The notes under the pieces: model-generated
What the model was told of the DNA's origin: nothing
Database searches by the model: none
What the model saw: the letters and a program-made list of their open reading frames with translations, nothing else
In this document: piece by piece, positions 53,985-62,867 of the stretch
Position numbering within the stretch: position 1 is the stretch's first letter
Layout of the letters: each line of letters starts with the position of its first letter
Assembly: GCA_016874975.1 (NCBI GenBank)
Contig: VGSQ01000002.1
Coordinates: 98 to 64,097, forward strand
Direction of reading: 5' to 3'
Length of the DNA: 64,000 nucleotides
From: Deltaproteobacteria bacterium
GTDB taxonomy: Bacteria > Desulfobacterota > Desulfobaccia > Desulfobaccales > 0-14-0-80-60-11
Made by a program: the position numbers and the translations under genes

Positions 53985-54503
53985 ATGCGGCTTTCTTCCT
54001 TCCTGCCCCGGGCGCTGCTGGGGGCCGCCTTGCTGCTGACATTGATGGTGGCCGCCGGGGACCCTGTACTGGCCGGACCCTCTTCCCCCCCCAAAGGAGA
54101 AAAACCGGTGATCGAAAAAGTGGTGAAAACCGACGAGGAATGGCGCCGCCTGCTGACGCCCGAGCAATACCGCATCCTGCGGCAGAAGGGCACGGAGCGG
54201 GCCTTCACCAGTAAATACCATGACTTCAAAGGCAAGGGGGTTTACCACTGCGCCGGGTGCGACCTGCCGCTGTTCAGCTCCGAGCAGAAGTTCGACTCGG
54301 GCACCGGCTGGCCCAGCTACTGGGCCCCGCTGGCCCCGGAGCAGATCCGCACCCAGGACGATTCGAGCTTTTTCATGAAGCGCATCGAAGTGCTGTGCGC
54401 CCGCTGCGACGGTCATCTGGGGCACGTCTTCAACGACGGCCCGCCGCCCACCGGCCTGCGCTACTGCATGAACGGCGCGGCCCTAAAATTTATGGGAAAG
54501 TAG
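53985..54503 (+). CDS. msrB: Peptide-methionine (R)-S-oxide reductase MsrB, exported
   Basis: Start at MRLSSFLPRALLGAALLLTLMVAAG (signal peptide). Zn-binding CAGC...CARC. GWPSY, HLGHVFNDGP, and catalytic RYCMNG. Confidence 0.9.
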   Translation: MRLSSFLPRALLGAALLLTLMVAAGDPVLAGPSSPPKGEKPVIEKVVKTDEEWRRLLTPEQYRILRQKGTERAFTSKYHDFKGKGVYHCAGCDLPLFSSEQKFDSGTGWPSYWAPLAPEQIRTQDDSSFFMKRIEVLCARCDGHLGHVFNDGPPPTGLRYCMNGAALKFMGK

Positions 54504-54704
54504 GAGCTTTCCCCCAAAATTCCGGCGGCGCGCCATGGTCTCCCCCATATCAGGGGGCGCGCTGCGCACCCTACGGGCTGACCACCAGTTATAGGGTGGC
54601 CCGCGGCCGCCGACCCCGGCGTGCACGGCACGCCCTATGACAGTCCCGCCCTTTCTTCATCCGGGCAAAATCCTTGAGTTGTTTGCAGCGGCCGCACCAC
54701 CCGT

Positions 54705-54810
54705 CGTTCGTAGCGCACTGCGCACCATAACCATGGGCCGGCGGTGGGCAGGGACGCCCGAACTTTTCATGGGTTACGGCTGGCCCGACGCCCCAGGCGC
54801 GACTGCCTGG
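54705..54810. repeat. Composite mosaic repeat (degenerate R1 + GGGACGCCCG + TTTTCATGGGTTACGG hairpin module)
   Basis: GTAGCGCACTGCGCACCAT...GGCAGGGACGCCCGAAC-TTTTCATGGGTTACGGCTGGCCCGACGCCCCAGGCGCGACTG. Same module order as 21549-21684. Confidence 0.8.
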
Positions 54811-55045
54811 AAACCTTATGGCCCCGCCGTCCTTCCCCTCCCTTTTCCCCAGTCCACCGGCCAGGCAGAGCCTGGCCGGCCGGCGGGTTCCCCAGCGGGA
54901 GCTTGGGAACCAGGAAGAAACCCAAAACTAAGCCCTGACCCCACAACTTAAAAACTCATATTGTTTTCACATTGCCCTGCAACAAACAACGTAATCGGAT
55001 AATAACGCAGGGGCGGTTCGCAAACCTCCCCTCGATAAACGTTGG

Positions 55046-55073
55046 TTGCATGTGAAACGGAAAATGGTATAAG
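55046..55073 (+). promoter_or_regulatory. Candidate sigma70-type promoter upstream of the radical SAM gene
   Basis: TTGCAT (55046-55051), 16-nt spacer, TATAAG (55068-55073). It would place the heptamer array in the 5' UTR. Confidence 0.3.
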
Positions 55074-55074
55074 A

Positions 55075-55165
55075 CCTGAAGCCTAAGCCCTAAAAACTAA
55101 AAGCTAAAACCTGAAACCTAAAACCTAAAACCTATAACCCAGAACCCGGAACCCAAAACCCGGAC
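55075..55165 (+). repeat. Tandem heptamer array, 13 units, CCTAAAA/CCCAAAA type
   Basis: CCTGAAG CCTAAGC CCTAAAA ACTAAAA GCTAAAA CCTGAAA CCTAAAA CCTAAAA CCTATAA CCCAGAA CCCGGAA CCCAAAA CCCGGAC. Confidence 0.95.
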
Positions 55166-55204
55166 CCGCTCCCCCCTGCCGCCGGGCTTTGCAGGAGCGG
55201 GTGA

Positions 55205-56218
55205 ATGTGCTACAGTGCCAGGTATGCCGCCGGGGCGCCCGGCTTCGGCGCAGGGGATTTCATCAAGGGAAACATCGCCTCCATGCCCAGCAAAACCTAC
55301 AACGGTCTCTCCTCCCGCCTGAGAGGCCTGGCCCGGCAGGACCCCGCCGTCATCCCCAGCTTCTTCCGCTATGAATTCCGCCGCCGCTGGGGGGGCGCCC
55401 AGGACCGGCGCCTCACGGCCGGCGGCGGGGCCGTGCTGCCGGCTTTGATCAGCCTCAATCCCACCCGGCGCTGCAACCTGCGCTGCCGCATGTGTTTCCA
55501 ATACCGGCGGGAAAGCGAAATCCCGGACACCCTGGCCTGGTACCACGCCGACCAGGAACTGCCCCTGTCGGCCTGGGTCAACCTGTTGGACGAGGTGGCC
55601 GCCTGGCGCCTGCGTCAGAGCGGCCCCCACGGGCCCCCCTTGCCGCCCTGGAGCCGGCTCCTGGACCGGCTGGCCACCTGGCGCCCGGTGGTTTATGTCA
55701 CCGGCGGCGAGCCCCTGCTCTATCCACAGGTCGTGGAATTGCTGGCCGCGGCCCGGTCCCGCCGGCTGCTGGTGCACCTGCAGACCAACGGCACCCTGCT
55801 GGCCGGGGCGGCCCCGGACCTGGCCTCCCTGGGGCTGCAGATGGTGTCCGTCTCCCTTGACGGCCCCCCCGAGGTGCACGACCGCATCCGGGGCGTGCCG
55901 GGCAGCTTCCGGGTGCGCCGCCGGGCCCGGGGCCGCATCCCGGTGGGCTTCTCCCCGGACTTGCCGGACAGCCTGCTCAGCCCCTATTACCTGGACCTGG
56001 CGCACCCGTTCCCCCAGGAGTGCCGCCACCTGTGGATGGCCTGCCGCATCCTGCCGGACGGCTCGGTCTCCCCGTGCCTGCACCTGGTCATGGGCCGCAT
56101 CACCGAGGCGCCCCTCAGCCGCATCTGGAACAATGACCACTGCCGCAGCCTCCGCCGCCTGGCCGCGCAACGGCTGTTCCCCGGCTGCACCCGCTGCTGT
56201 TACCGGCGGTTTCAGTAG
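55205..56218 (+). CDS. Radical SAM enzyme with Cys-rich SPASM/twitch-like C-terminal region
   Basis: AGGAG RBS 7 nt upstream. CNLRCRMC (CxxxCxxC), VTGGEPLLY. C-terminal CRHLWMACRILPDGSVSPC...CRSL...GCTRCC. Confidence 0.85.
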   Translation: MCYSARYAAGAPGFGAGDFIKGNIASMPSKTYNGLSSRLRGLARQDPAVIPSFFRYEFRRRWGGAQDRRLTAGGGAVLPALISLNPTRRCNLRCRMCFQYRRESEIPDTLAWYHADQELPLSAWVNLLDEVAAWRLRQSGPHGPPLPPWSRLLDRLATWRPVVYVTGGEPLLYPQVVELLAAARSRRLLVHLQTNGTLLAGAAPDLASLGLQMVSVSLDGPPEVHDRIRGVPGSFRVRRRARGRIPVGFSPDLPDSLLSPYYLDLAHPFPQECRHLWMACRILPDGSVSPCLHLVMGRITEAPLSRIWNNDHCRSLRRLAAQRLFPGCTRCCYRRFQ

Positions 56219-56253
56219 CGTCGCCCGCGGGCGCGCCCGGGCATGGAGGGAGG

Positions 56254-56351
56254 GGTTTTGGGTTTTGGGTTTTGGGTTTTGGGTTTTGGGTTTTGGGTTT
56301 TGGGTTTTGGGTTTTGGGTTTTAGGTTTTAGGTTTTGGGTTTTAGGTTTTA
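56254..56351 (+). repeat. Tandem heptamer array, 14 units, GGTTTTG/GGTTTTA (complement of the upstream array)
   Basis: Nine GGTTTTG units, then GGTTTTA GGTTTTA GGTTTTG GGTTTTA GGTTTTA. An R1 hairpin at 56356-56378 follows directly. Confidence 0.95.
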
Positions 56352-56498
56352 GAGCGTAGGGTGCGCACCGCGCACCATGAATAAGGCCAGGGGAACCGGT
56401 TGGCGGCTAACGGCGTGGGGGGGGGGAACGGGGCAGGATCCCGGCAGCCCCGGCCCCCTCCCCCACCGACAACTTTTCCGATACCAAATTCTCTATCC

Positions 56499-57767
56499 AT
56501 GAGTGCCGAGCCTATGCCTCTTGCCGGGCGCCGGCGTGAACAATCCCGGGCCCGCCTGGCCGCCTGGGCCTGTTTTCTCGCCACCACGCTGCATCTGGCC
56601 TTTCTGCGCCCCAATATCACCCTCATCACCGGGGAGCGAGCCAAGGTCTTCTCCGGCCTGCTGTGCGCCCTGTGTCTGGCGGTCTGTCTCCTGGACGCCC
56701 GCCGCCGGGAGGCCGGCAGCCGCACCGAAGTCCTGGTCTCCCTGGCCCTGGCCGCCCTGATGGCAGCCAGCGGCCTGGCCGGCCTCACCCCCTTCTCTTC
56801 CTCCCTCAGGGGCTTCGTGGTCCTGGCCTCGGGACTGGGCGGCTTCTGGTGCGCCCGCCTCCTCCTGACCACCCCCGAAGCCCGGCGCTTCTTCGTCCGT
56901 TTCAGCCTGGCCACCCTGGCCGGCGTCCTGCTGGTGGGCCTCATCTCCCATCTGGTCTGGGGGGAGGTCCACCGCGCCCTGGACGTGAACCAACACCCCG
57001 CCGCGGCCCGCATCCTCCTGCTTTGGTTCGCCCCGCTGGCCGTGCTCCTGGGGCCCGACGCCCCCCCGCTCCCACGTCTGGGCGCCTGGCTGCTGCTGGG
57101 GTTGAGCTACCTCGTCCTTTACCTCAACATTCTCCGCTCCACCCTGGTGATCCCCCTCCTCCTGGGGGTGCAGGCCGCCCTCTTCAAGGCCTGGCGCTGG
57201 CGCTACCTGCTGCTGGCCGCCCTCCCCCTCTCCCTGGCAATCCTCTATTTCTTCCTCCACCTCCCCCCGGAGCGCACCGGCAAATCTGCGGAGCCCATCT
57301 ATTACCGGGTGGAAAACTACCGCTTCTCCCTCTATCTGGCCCTGCGCCACCCCGTCCTGGGCATCGGTCTCAGGGCCCCCCGGGAGGGCTTTCTGGATGC
57401 TTACGACATCAAGTATCCCCACGTCACCAGGGAACAGTTCACCGAGTCCGTGCGCCGCATCCGCACCTCGGAAAACATCTTTCTCACCTTTCTGGCCGAA
57501 GTGGGGATTCCCTTCACCCTCCTGTATGTGTTCGCCCTGGCGACCCTCCTCACCCGCCTGGTGCGCCGGGCCCGGGCTCCCGACCCCCGGGCGGCCCTCC
57601 CCCCCCTGGCCCTGCTCCTCCCTCTCACCGCGGGGCTCCTCCACTTCCAGGTCCTGGACGGACTTTTGCACCCCCAGGTGAGCTGGTTCTTTCACGTGCT
57701 GCTGGGCCTGATCGGCCGGGACCGGCACAAGGGGGGACGGAAGGGGGTTTTGGGTTCCGGGTTTTAG
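56499..57767 (+). CDS. O-antigen ligase/polymerase-like (Wzy_C family) polytopic membrane protein
   Basis: Start at MSAEPMPLAGRR. About 10 TM segments. The loop motif SENIFLTFLAEVGIPFTLL resembles HN.FL..LAE.G..G of O-antigen ligases. The last codons (GVLGSGF) are encoded by a heptamer array. Confidence 0.65.
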   Translation: MSAEPMPLAGRRREQSRARLAAWACFLATTLHLAFLRPNITLITGERAKVFSGLLCALCLAVCLLDARRREAGSRTEVLVSLALAALMAASGLAGLTPFSSSLRGFVVLASGLGGFWCARLLLTTPEARRFFVRFSLATLAGVLLVGLISHLVWGEVHRALDVNQHPAAARILLLWFAPLAVLLGPDAPPLPRLGAWLLLGLSYLVLYLNILRSTLVIPLLLGVQAALFKAWRWRYLLLAALPLSLAILYFFLHLPPERTGKSAEPIYYRVENYRFSLYLALRHPVLGIGLRAPREGFLDAYDIKYPHVTREQFTESVRRIRTSENIFLTFLAEVGIPFTLLYVFALATLLTRLVRRARAPDPRAALPPLALLLPLTAGLLHFQVLDGLLHPQVSWFFHVLLGLIGRDRHKGGRKGVLGSGF

Positions 57768-57787
57768 GTTCCGAGTTCCGGGTGTGC
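57746..57787 (+). repeat. Short heptamer array (GGTTTTG/GGTTCCG type)
   Basis: GGTTTTG GGTTCCG GGTTTTA GGTTCCG AGTTCCG GGTGTGC. Overlaps the stop codon (57765-57767) of the preceding gene. Confidence 0.85.
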
Positions 57788-57950
57788 GCCATGACCGGAC
57801 CCGGCCCAAACAGCCGATGGGGGAGGGAAAAAAGTCAGGAGAGAGTTTTTTTCCCCTCTACTCCCGAAGGGGGGAAAGGGGGGGACTGAACGGGGGTGCG
57901 GCCCCGGGGACGCAGGAAGGCCCCCGGTCAACCCGGGAGCCGTCGCCTCC

Positions 57951-60107
57951 TCAGATGGGGGCCTTGCTCTGCAGGGACTTGATGACCTCCGACTTCCCGG
58001 CGACGATGAGTCCGTCTCCGGCCTGCAGGATCTCTTTGCCCGTCGGAGCCGCCAGCCGGCGTCCATCCCGGCGTATGCCGATGACGGTGACCCCGAAGGT
58101 TTCGCGAAATCTGGTGTCTGCCAGGCTCCTGCCTACCAGGGGTGATTCGAAAGCCAGGGGAATTTCGGCGATGCTGAACCGTTCCTCCACGGCCTCTTCT
58201 TCGGCAAGGCGGCTGAGGGCCAGGAAAGCCTCCGCCTGAGCCAATTTCTCAGGCTCCCCCGACAGCACCAAACGGTCTCCCGGGTACAGCGGCATGTGGG
58301 AATCGGGGTCAAAAAAGGTCTTTTTGCCCCGGGTGACGGCGATGATGCTGACCCCGGTTTCCCGGCGCAAGGGGATGGCGCCGATGAGACTACCCGCAAA
58401 GAGGGAATCGGCTTCCAGGCGAAAAATTCTCAGGCCCACCGGCCAATCGACGCTTTCGGTAAAGACATAGAGCGCGGCGGCCAGGTAATCGGCCGCCTGT
58501 TCGGCGGCGTCGAAGAAAGGCCGCAGGACGATATCCGCCCCGGCCGTCAGGAAATCCCGGGCCTCCTCTTCATGGCGGGCGGTGAGTACCAACTTGCCGG
58601 CATAACCCTGGGCCTGGAGATTTTTTTTGAGATTCAGGTTGAGATTTCGGTCCCGCACCGTGCTGACCACCAGGCGGGCCCGGCCAAGAGGCAAATGCTC
58701 CAGTAATTCCGGGTCGCCCACATCGCCGTAGAAGACCGGCAGGCCTTGCTTCTGCCAGGCATCCAACACCGCGGGATCGAAGTCCACCCCCACCAACTGC
58801 CTTTTTCTCTGCAGCAATCGCAGGGCGATGCCGCCGCCGTAATTCCCCAGGCCGATCAGGATGATATCCGTGGCGGGGACTGTGTCCGTGCTGTCCAGGG
58901 TGGTTTCCTGATAGGGGACCTTTCTCTCAAAGGGTTGGAGCCAGGGGGACAAGAGTTGATACAGCGGCCCGGAATACAGGATGAGATAGGTGGAGATGCC
59001 GATGGTCAACAGCCCCACCAGGGTGATCAAGCCCATGGTCTCCATGGTGATGTGGCCCAGGCTCAACCCCAGGGCTCCCAGGATCAGGGAAAACTCGCTG
59101 ATCTGGGCCACCGTCAACCCGGCCAGGAAGCCGGTGCGTTTGCGGTAGCCCAGATAACCCATGATCACCAGGACAATGAGGGGATTGCCGATGAGGACAA
59201 ACAGGGAAAAGACCGCGGCATTCCCCACCTGCGCCCCCAGGAGGGCCAGGTTCAGGCGCGCCCCCAGGTCGATGAAAAAGAAGATCAGCAGAAAGTCACG
59301 CAAGCTGACCAGACGGGTGCTCAGGGCCTCCCGGTAGGGAGTGGAGGCCAGGGAGACGCCGCCCAGGAAAGCCCCCACTTCCTTGCTGAAACCCAGGGCA
59401 TCGCCGAGGGTGGCCAGCGAAATGGCCCACACCACCGCAAAGAGGACCAGGAGTTCCTGGGACCGGGCCAGATATTTCAGCAGGGCAGGGAGCACATAAC
59501 GAGTCATGAGAGCGATGCCCGCCAAAAAAGCGACGCCCGCGCCCAAGACCCATAAAACATGCAAGACGACGTTTTCCTGACCGCCGCTGCGACCCCCCAG
59601 GGCCGTCAGGCCGATCATGACCAGGACGACGACGATGTCCTGGATGATGAGAAAGCCGATGGCGATGCGTCCATGCAGGGAGTCTATCTCCCGCTTGTCG
59701 GATAAGAGCTTGACGATGATGATGGTGCTGGAAAAGGTCAGGGCCACGGCCACATAGACGGCTTCCACCACCGCCAGCCCCAATCCCAGCGCGATGACGA
59801 AGCCGAAGACGGAGGTGAACAACACCTGCCCCAGGCCGGTGGCCAGGGCCACCTTCCCGGTGGTGCGGATCAGGTGCAAATCCAGCTTGAGACCCACCAC
59901 AAAGAGCAGGAGAGCAATGCCGATATGGGCCAACAGTTCGATCTGGTCATGACTTCTGATCAGGCCGAAGCCGGAGGGGCCGATCAGGATCCCGGCTGCC
60001 AACAAGGAGACGATCAACGGCTGCCGCAGCACCAGTCCGATAATGCCCAACCCCGCCGCCGCCAGCAGAATCGCGGTGATCTCATGGAACATATTGTCAA
60101 ACATCAT
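57951..60107 (-). CDS. Kef-type cation:proton antiporter (CPA2) with TrkA-N and two TrkA-C (RCK) domains
   Basis: N-terminal Na+/H+ exchanger membrane domain (13 or so TMs), Rossmann ILIGLGNYGGGIA, and two C-terminal RCK_C repeats. Confidence 0.85.
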   Translation of the reverse strand: MMFDNMFHEITAILLAAAGLGIIGLVLRQPLIVSLLAAGILIGPSGFGLIRSHDQIELLAHIGIALLLFVVGLKLDLHLIRTTGKVALATGLGQVLFTSVFGFVIALGLGLAVVEAVYVAVALTFSSTIIIVKLLSDKREIDSLHGRIAIGFLIIQDIVVVLVMIGLTALGGRSGGQENVVLHVLWVLGAGVAFLAGIALMTRYVLPALLKYLARSQELLVLFAVVWAISLATLGDALGFSKEVGAFLGGVSLASTPYREALSTRLVSLRDFLLIFFFIDLGARLNLALLGAQVGNAAVFSLFVLIGNPLIVLVIMGYLGYRKRTGFLAGLTVAQISEFSLILGALGLSLGHITMETMGLITLVGLLTIGISTYLILYSGPLYQLLSPWLQPFERKVPYQETTLDSTDTVPATDIILIGLGNYGGGIALRLLQRKRQLVGVDFDPAVLDAWQKQGLPVFYGDVGDPELLEHLPLGRARLVVSTVRDRNLNLNLKKNLQAQGYAGKLVLTARHEEEARDFLTAGADIVLRPFFDAAEQAADYLAAALYVFTESVDWPVGLRIFRLEADSLFAGSLIGAIPLRRETGVSIIAVTRGKKTFFDPDSHMPLYPGDRLVLSGEPEKLAQAEAFLALSRLAEEEAVEERFSIAEIPLAFESPLVGRSLADTRFRETFGVTVIGIRRDGRRLAAPTGKEILQAGDGLIVAGKSEVIKSLQSKAPI

Positions 60108-60374
60108 GGCGCTTCACTCACATTGACACCGAGGTCGAAGGGAGATATTTTTTCCGGGGCTTCCCCTGTCTCCCCCGGCAGCCCCGACCCGACGCCGGCC
60201 GGCCGGCAGGATTTCATAATGGTTCATTTCCTGAAGACGACCCGCGGCGCTGCACCGGGGACAGAGGTTTGATATAATGCACCGTTATCGTCCCGCGGGC
60301 GGCCTGACGCACCGAAGGCCCTGCAGAACGCTGTCTTTGGGTGACTTTGCCATTCTATCTTGTCCGAGGCTGCG

Positions 60375-62069
60375 ATGAAATTCCTTCCTTCCCAGTTAAT
60401 ATATTTTCTCCAGACCCGGGAGACCACGAAAAAAATCCGCACCTTGCTCAAGTTTGTATTGTTGTTGGTTTTTTTGATTACTACCTACAGCCTGCTCTTT
60501 CACTTTCTGATGGAATACGAAGGCCGCCGGTTCAGCTGGATCACCGGCTTCTACTGGACGCTCACCGTGATGTCCACCCTGGGGTTTGGAGACATTACCT
60601 TCACCAGCGACTTGGGCCGGGTTTTTTCCATCGTCGTGCTGCTGTCCGGGATCTTATTGCTGCTGATCATGTTGCCCTTTACTTTCATCACCTTTTTTTA
60701 TGCCCCCTGGCTGGAGGCCCAGTCCAAGCTGCGGGTGCCCCGGGAGTTGCCGGAAGAATTCGATGATCATGTGATCTTTACCAGCTTCGACCCCATCACC
60801 ATCAGTCTGGTGGAACGCCTGAGACATTACCAACGCCCCTACGTCATCCTGACGCCGGATATCCAGCACGCGCTGGACCTCATCGATCAGGGCTACAATG
60901 TGGTGGTGGGAGACCTGGACGACCCCGAAGCCTACCGGCGTCTGCGAGTGTCCCAGGCCGCCATGGTGGTGGCAAATAATGACGATATGAAGAACACCAA
61001 TATCACCTTCACCATCCGGGAGATAACCACCCGGACCCCCATCGTCACCAATGCCGACCTGGATGAATCCATCGACATCCTGCATCTGGCGGGCAGCACT
61101 CAAGTGTTCCAGTTCATGAAAATGCTGGGGCAGGCCCTGGCCCGCCGCGCCCTGGGGATCAGCCCCCGGGCCAATGTCATCGGCCGCTTCGACCGCCTGC
61201 TCATCGCCGAAGCCGCGGCCATGCGCACCCCTCTGGTGGGCAAGACCCTTCAGGACAGCGGCATCCGGCAGGCCACGGGCATCAACGTGGTGGGTCTCTG
61301 GGAACAAGGGCAGTTTCAGGCCCCCCGGCCCCAAAGCCTCATCAATCCCACCACTGTGTTGGTGCTGGCCGGCTCCGAGGAGCAATTGGCCGATTATGAC
61401 CGTTTTATGGAAGGCGTGGGGGAATTGACCGCCCCCATCCTGATCCTGGGCGGCGGCCGGGTGGGGCGGGCCGCGGCGGAGGCCCTGGAGGAAAGAGGCC
61501 TTGATTTCCGTATCATAGAGAATAATCCCGACATCATCGAAGGGGACGACCGGATAATCCAGGGCAGCGCCGCCGACCTGCACACCCTCATCCGCGCCGG
61601 GATTAAAAGGTCTCCCTCAGTCTTCATCACCACCCACACCGACGACCTGAACATTTATCTGACCATCTACTGCCGCCGTCTGCGTCCGGACGTGCAGATC
61701 ATCAGCCGGGCCACTTTGGACCGCAACATCAGCATCCTGCACACCGCCGGGGCCAATCTGGTGATGTCCGCCGCCTCTCTGGCGGCCAACACCATCTTTA
61801 ATCTGCTCATCAGCAACAAGGTGCTCATGATCAGCGAGGGGCTCAACATCTTCCGGGTCAAGACCCATCCTTCCCTGGCCGGCAAGACCCTGAGAGCCAG
61901 CAAGATCCGGGAAGAGACCGGGTGCACCCTCATCGCCGTGCAGGCCGAGGGAAAAATGCGCCTCAATCCTGATCCTGACCTTCCCCTGAAGGCTGCGGAC
62001 GAGTTGTTCCTCATCGGCACCGGGGAGGCCGAGAAACTTTTCCTGACCCGCTACCCGGAAGTGCTTTAA
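60375..62069 (+). CDS. Potassium channel protein (2-TM pore) with tandem RCK (TrkA-N/TrkA-C) modules
   Basis: Pore helix and selectivity filter WTLTVMSTLGFGDITF. Two Rossmann-type RCK units (VIFTSFDP..., ILILGGGRVGRAAA). An extended -10 TGATATAAT at ~60272-60280 lies upstream. Confidence 0.85.
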   Translation: MKFLPSQLIYFLQTRETTKKIRTLLKFVLLLVFLITTYSLLFHFLMEYEGRRFSWITGFYWTLTVMSTLGFGDITFTSDLGRVFSIVVLLSGILLLLIMLPFTFITFFYAPWLEAQSKLRVPRELPEEFDDHVIFTSFDPITISLVERLRHYQRPYVILTPDIQHALDLIDQGYNVVVGDLDDPEAYRRLRVSQAAMVVANNDDMKNTNITFTIREITTRTPIVTNADLDESIDILHLAGSTQVFQFMKMLGQALARRALGISPRANVIGRFDRLLIAEAAAMRTPLVGKTLQDSGIRQATGINVVGLWEQGQFQAPRPQSLINPTTVLVLAGSEEQLADYDRFMEGVGELTAPILILGGGRVGRAAAEALEERGLDFRIIENNPDIIEGDDRIIQGSAADLHTLIRAGIKRSPSVFITTHTDDLNIYLTIYCRRLRPDVQIISRATLDRNISILHTAGANLVMSAASLAANTIFNLLISNKVLMISEGLNIFRVKTHPSLAGKTLRASKIREETGCTLIAVQAEGKMRLNPDPDLPLKAADELFLIGTGEAEKLFLTRYPEVL

Positions 62070-62295
62070 CAACGCCTTTGCAATACGCGAGTAAAGGAGT
62101 GACGAGTTGGACCGGTATATGGGGCTGGCGGCGGTGGTGGTCGGTCTGGTGACCTGTTTCTAGGGTGCGTCAGACTCATCTTCGACAGTTGTTGGTCGAT
62201 TTTAAGGGTCTTTGGAGCATAACTTCTTGAAATTACTAACCCAGGTTCCGGATAATGTTAAAAATGTAGTGGCCAACTAATGCCATTTTCGCTAT

Positions 62296-62735
62296 CTAAT
62301 GCAACAAATAGGAGCACTGGCAAAGCTCCTTGAAGCGAGTGGCGGTCAGGTTGAGCAATGCCTCTGCCATAGTATTCATCAGATCATCCAGGTAGGCAAA
62401 AAGCCGGTTCCGGCAGACATGTTTTTTTAATCCTACTACGTGGAATTATTGATTAACCCTTAACAAATACTGACAAATCCCCCCTGACCCCCTTTAGCAA
62501 AGGGGGGAAAATGAAAGGACTTTTGGACTACTGAACGCAGTAGCATTAACCACTGCCACAACTTCTCCACCGGGTTAAACTCGGGAGAATAAGGCGGGAG
62601 AGACTTAAGAATAATATTTTCAGGTACTTTTAAAGATTTTGCTTTATGCCAGCCGGCTTGATCCCAGGCGACTTCATCTCATGGTGTCAAACTGGGCAGC
62701 ACCAGTTGGAAAAGACGGCCAGCATGTCCAATTAT
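62296..62735 (-). mobile_element. IS630/Tc1-mariner-family DDE transposase remnant (C-terminal third, with stops, frame changes and a nested hairpin insert)
   Basis: Minus-strand translation gives VAWDQAGWHKAKSLKVPENIILKSLPPYSPEFNPVEKLWQWL (family hallmark LPPYSPELNP.E..W). After a ~100-bp insert carrying CCCCCTTT-AGC-AAAGGGGG (62488-62506), another frame gives NRLFAYLDDLMNTMAEALLNL. In-frame stops are present. Confidence 0.75.
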
Positions 62736-62867
62736 TTATGACGCTATGTATAGCGCCAATGCAGGGGGGTCGGGGGGGGGAGGATTCCGCAGGCGAGACA
62801 CCGGCGCCCCAGGAACCGCCGCTCCCCCAGCCAATCCTGTTCAGCGTTCCTCCCCTCCCCCTCCGCC

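Noticed and set aside
56254-56351. (GGGTTTT)n array as a telomere-like repeat or a CRISPR array
   Set aside because: It is internal to a gene-dense bacterial region, with a complementary array 1.1 kb upstream. The units are 7 nt with no spacers, so it is neither a CRISPR array nor a chromosome end.
56493-57809. 438-aa minus-strand ORF and 408-aa alternative plus-frame ORF (56663..57889) over the O-antigen-ligase-like gene
   Set aside because: Both are Gly/Pro/Arg/Glu-rich with no TM segments or motifs. The chosen frame encodes a coherent polytopic membrane protein.
60108-60374. Possible riboswitch (for example c-di-AMP/ydaO type) in the K+ channel leader
   Set aside because: I could identify only an extended -10 (TGATATAAT) and a ~90-nt leader. 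No conserved riboswitch core was recognisable by eye, so a covariance-model scan would be needed.
62101-62162. 18-codon ORF (TTG start, LDRYMGLAAVVVGLVTCF) after the K+ channel gene as a KdpF-like small membrane peptide
   Set aside because: It is too short and ends in a partial R1 repeat (TAGGGTGCGTCAGAC). It is more likely the stump of a gene truncated at the IS/repeat junction. It cannot be supported from sequence alone.
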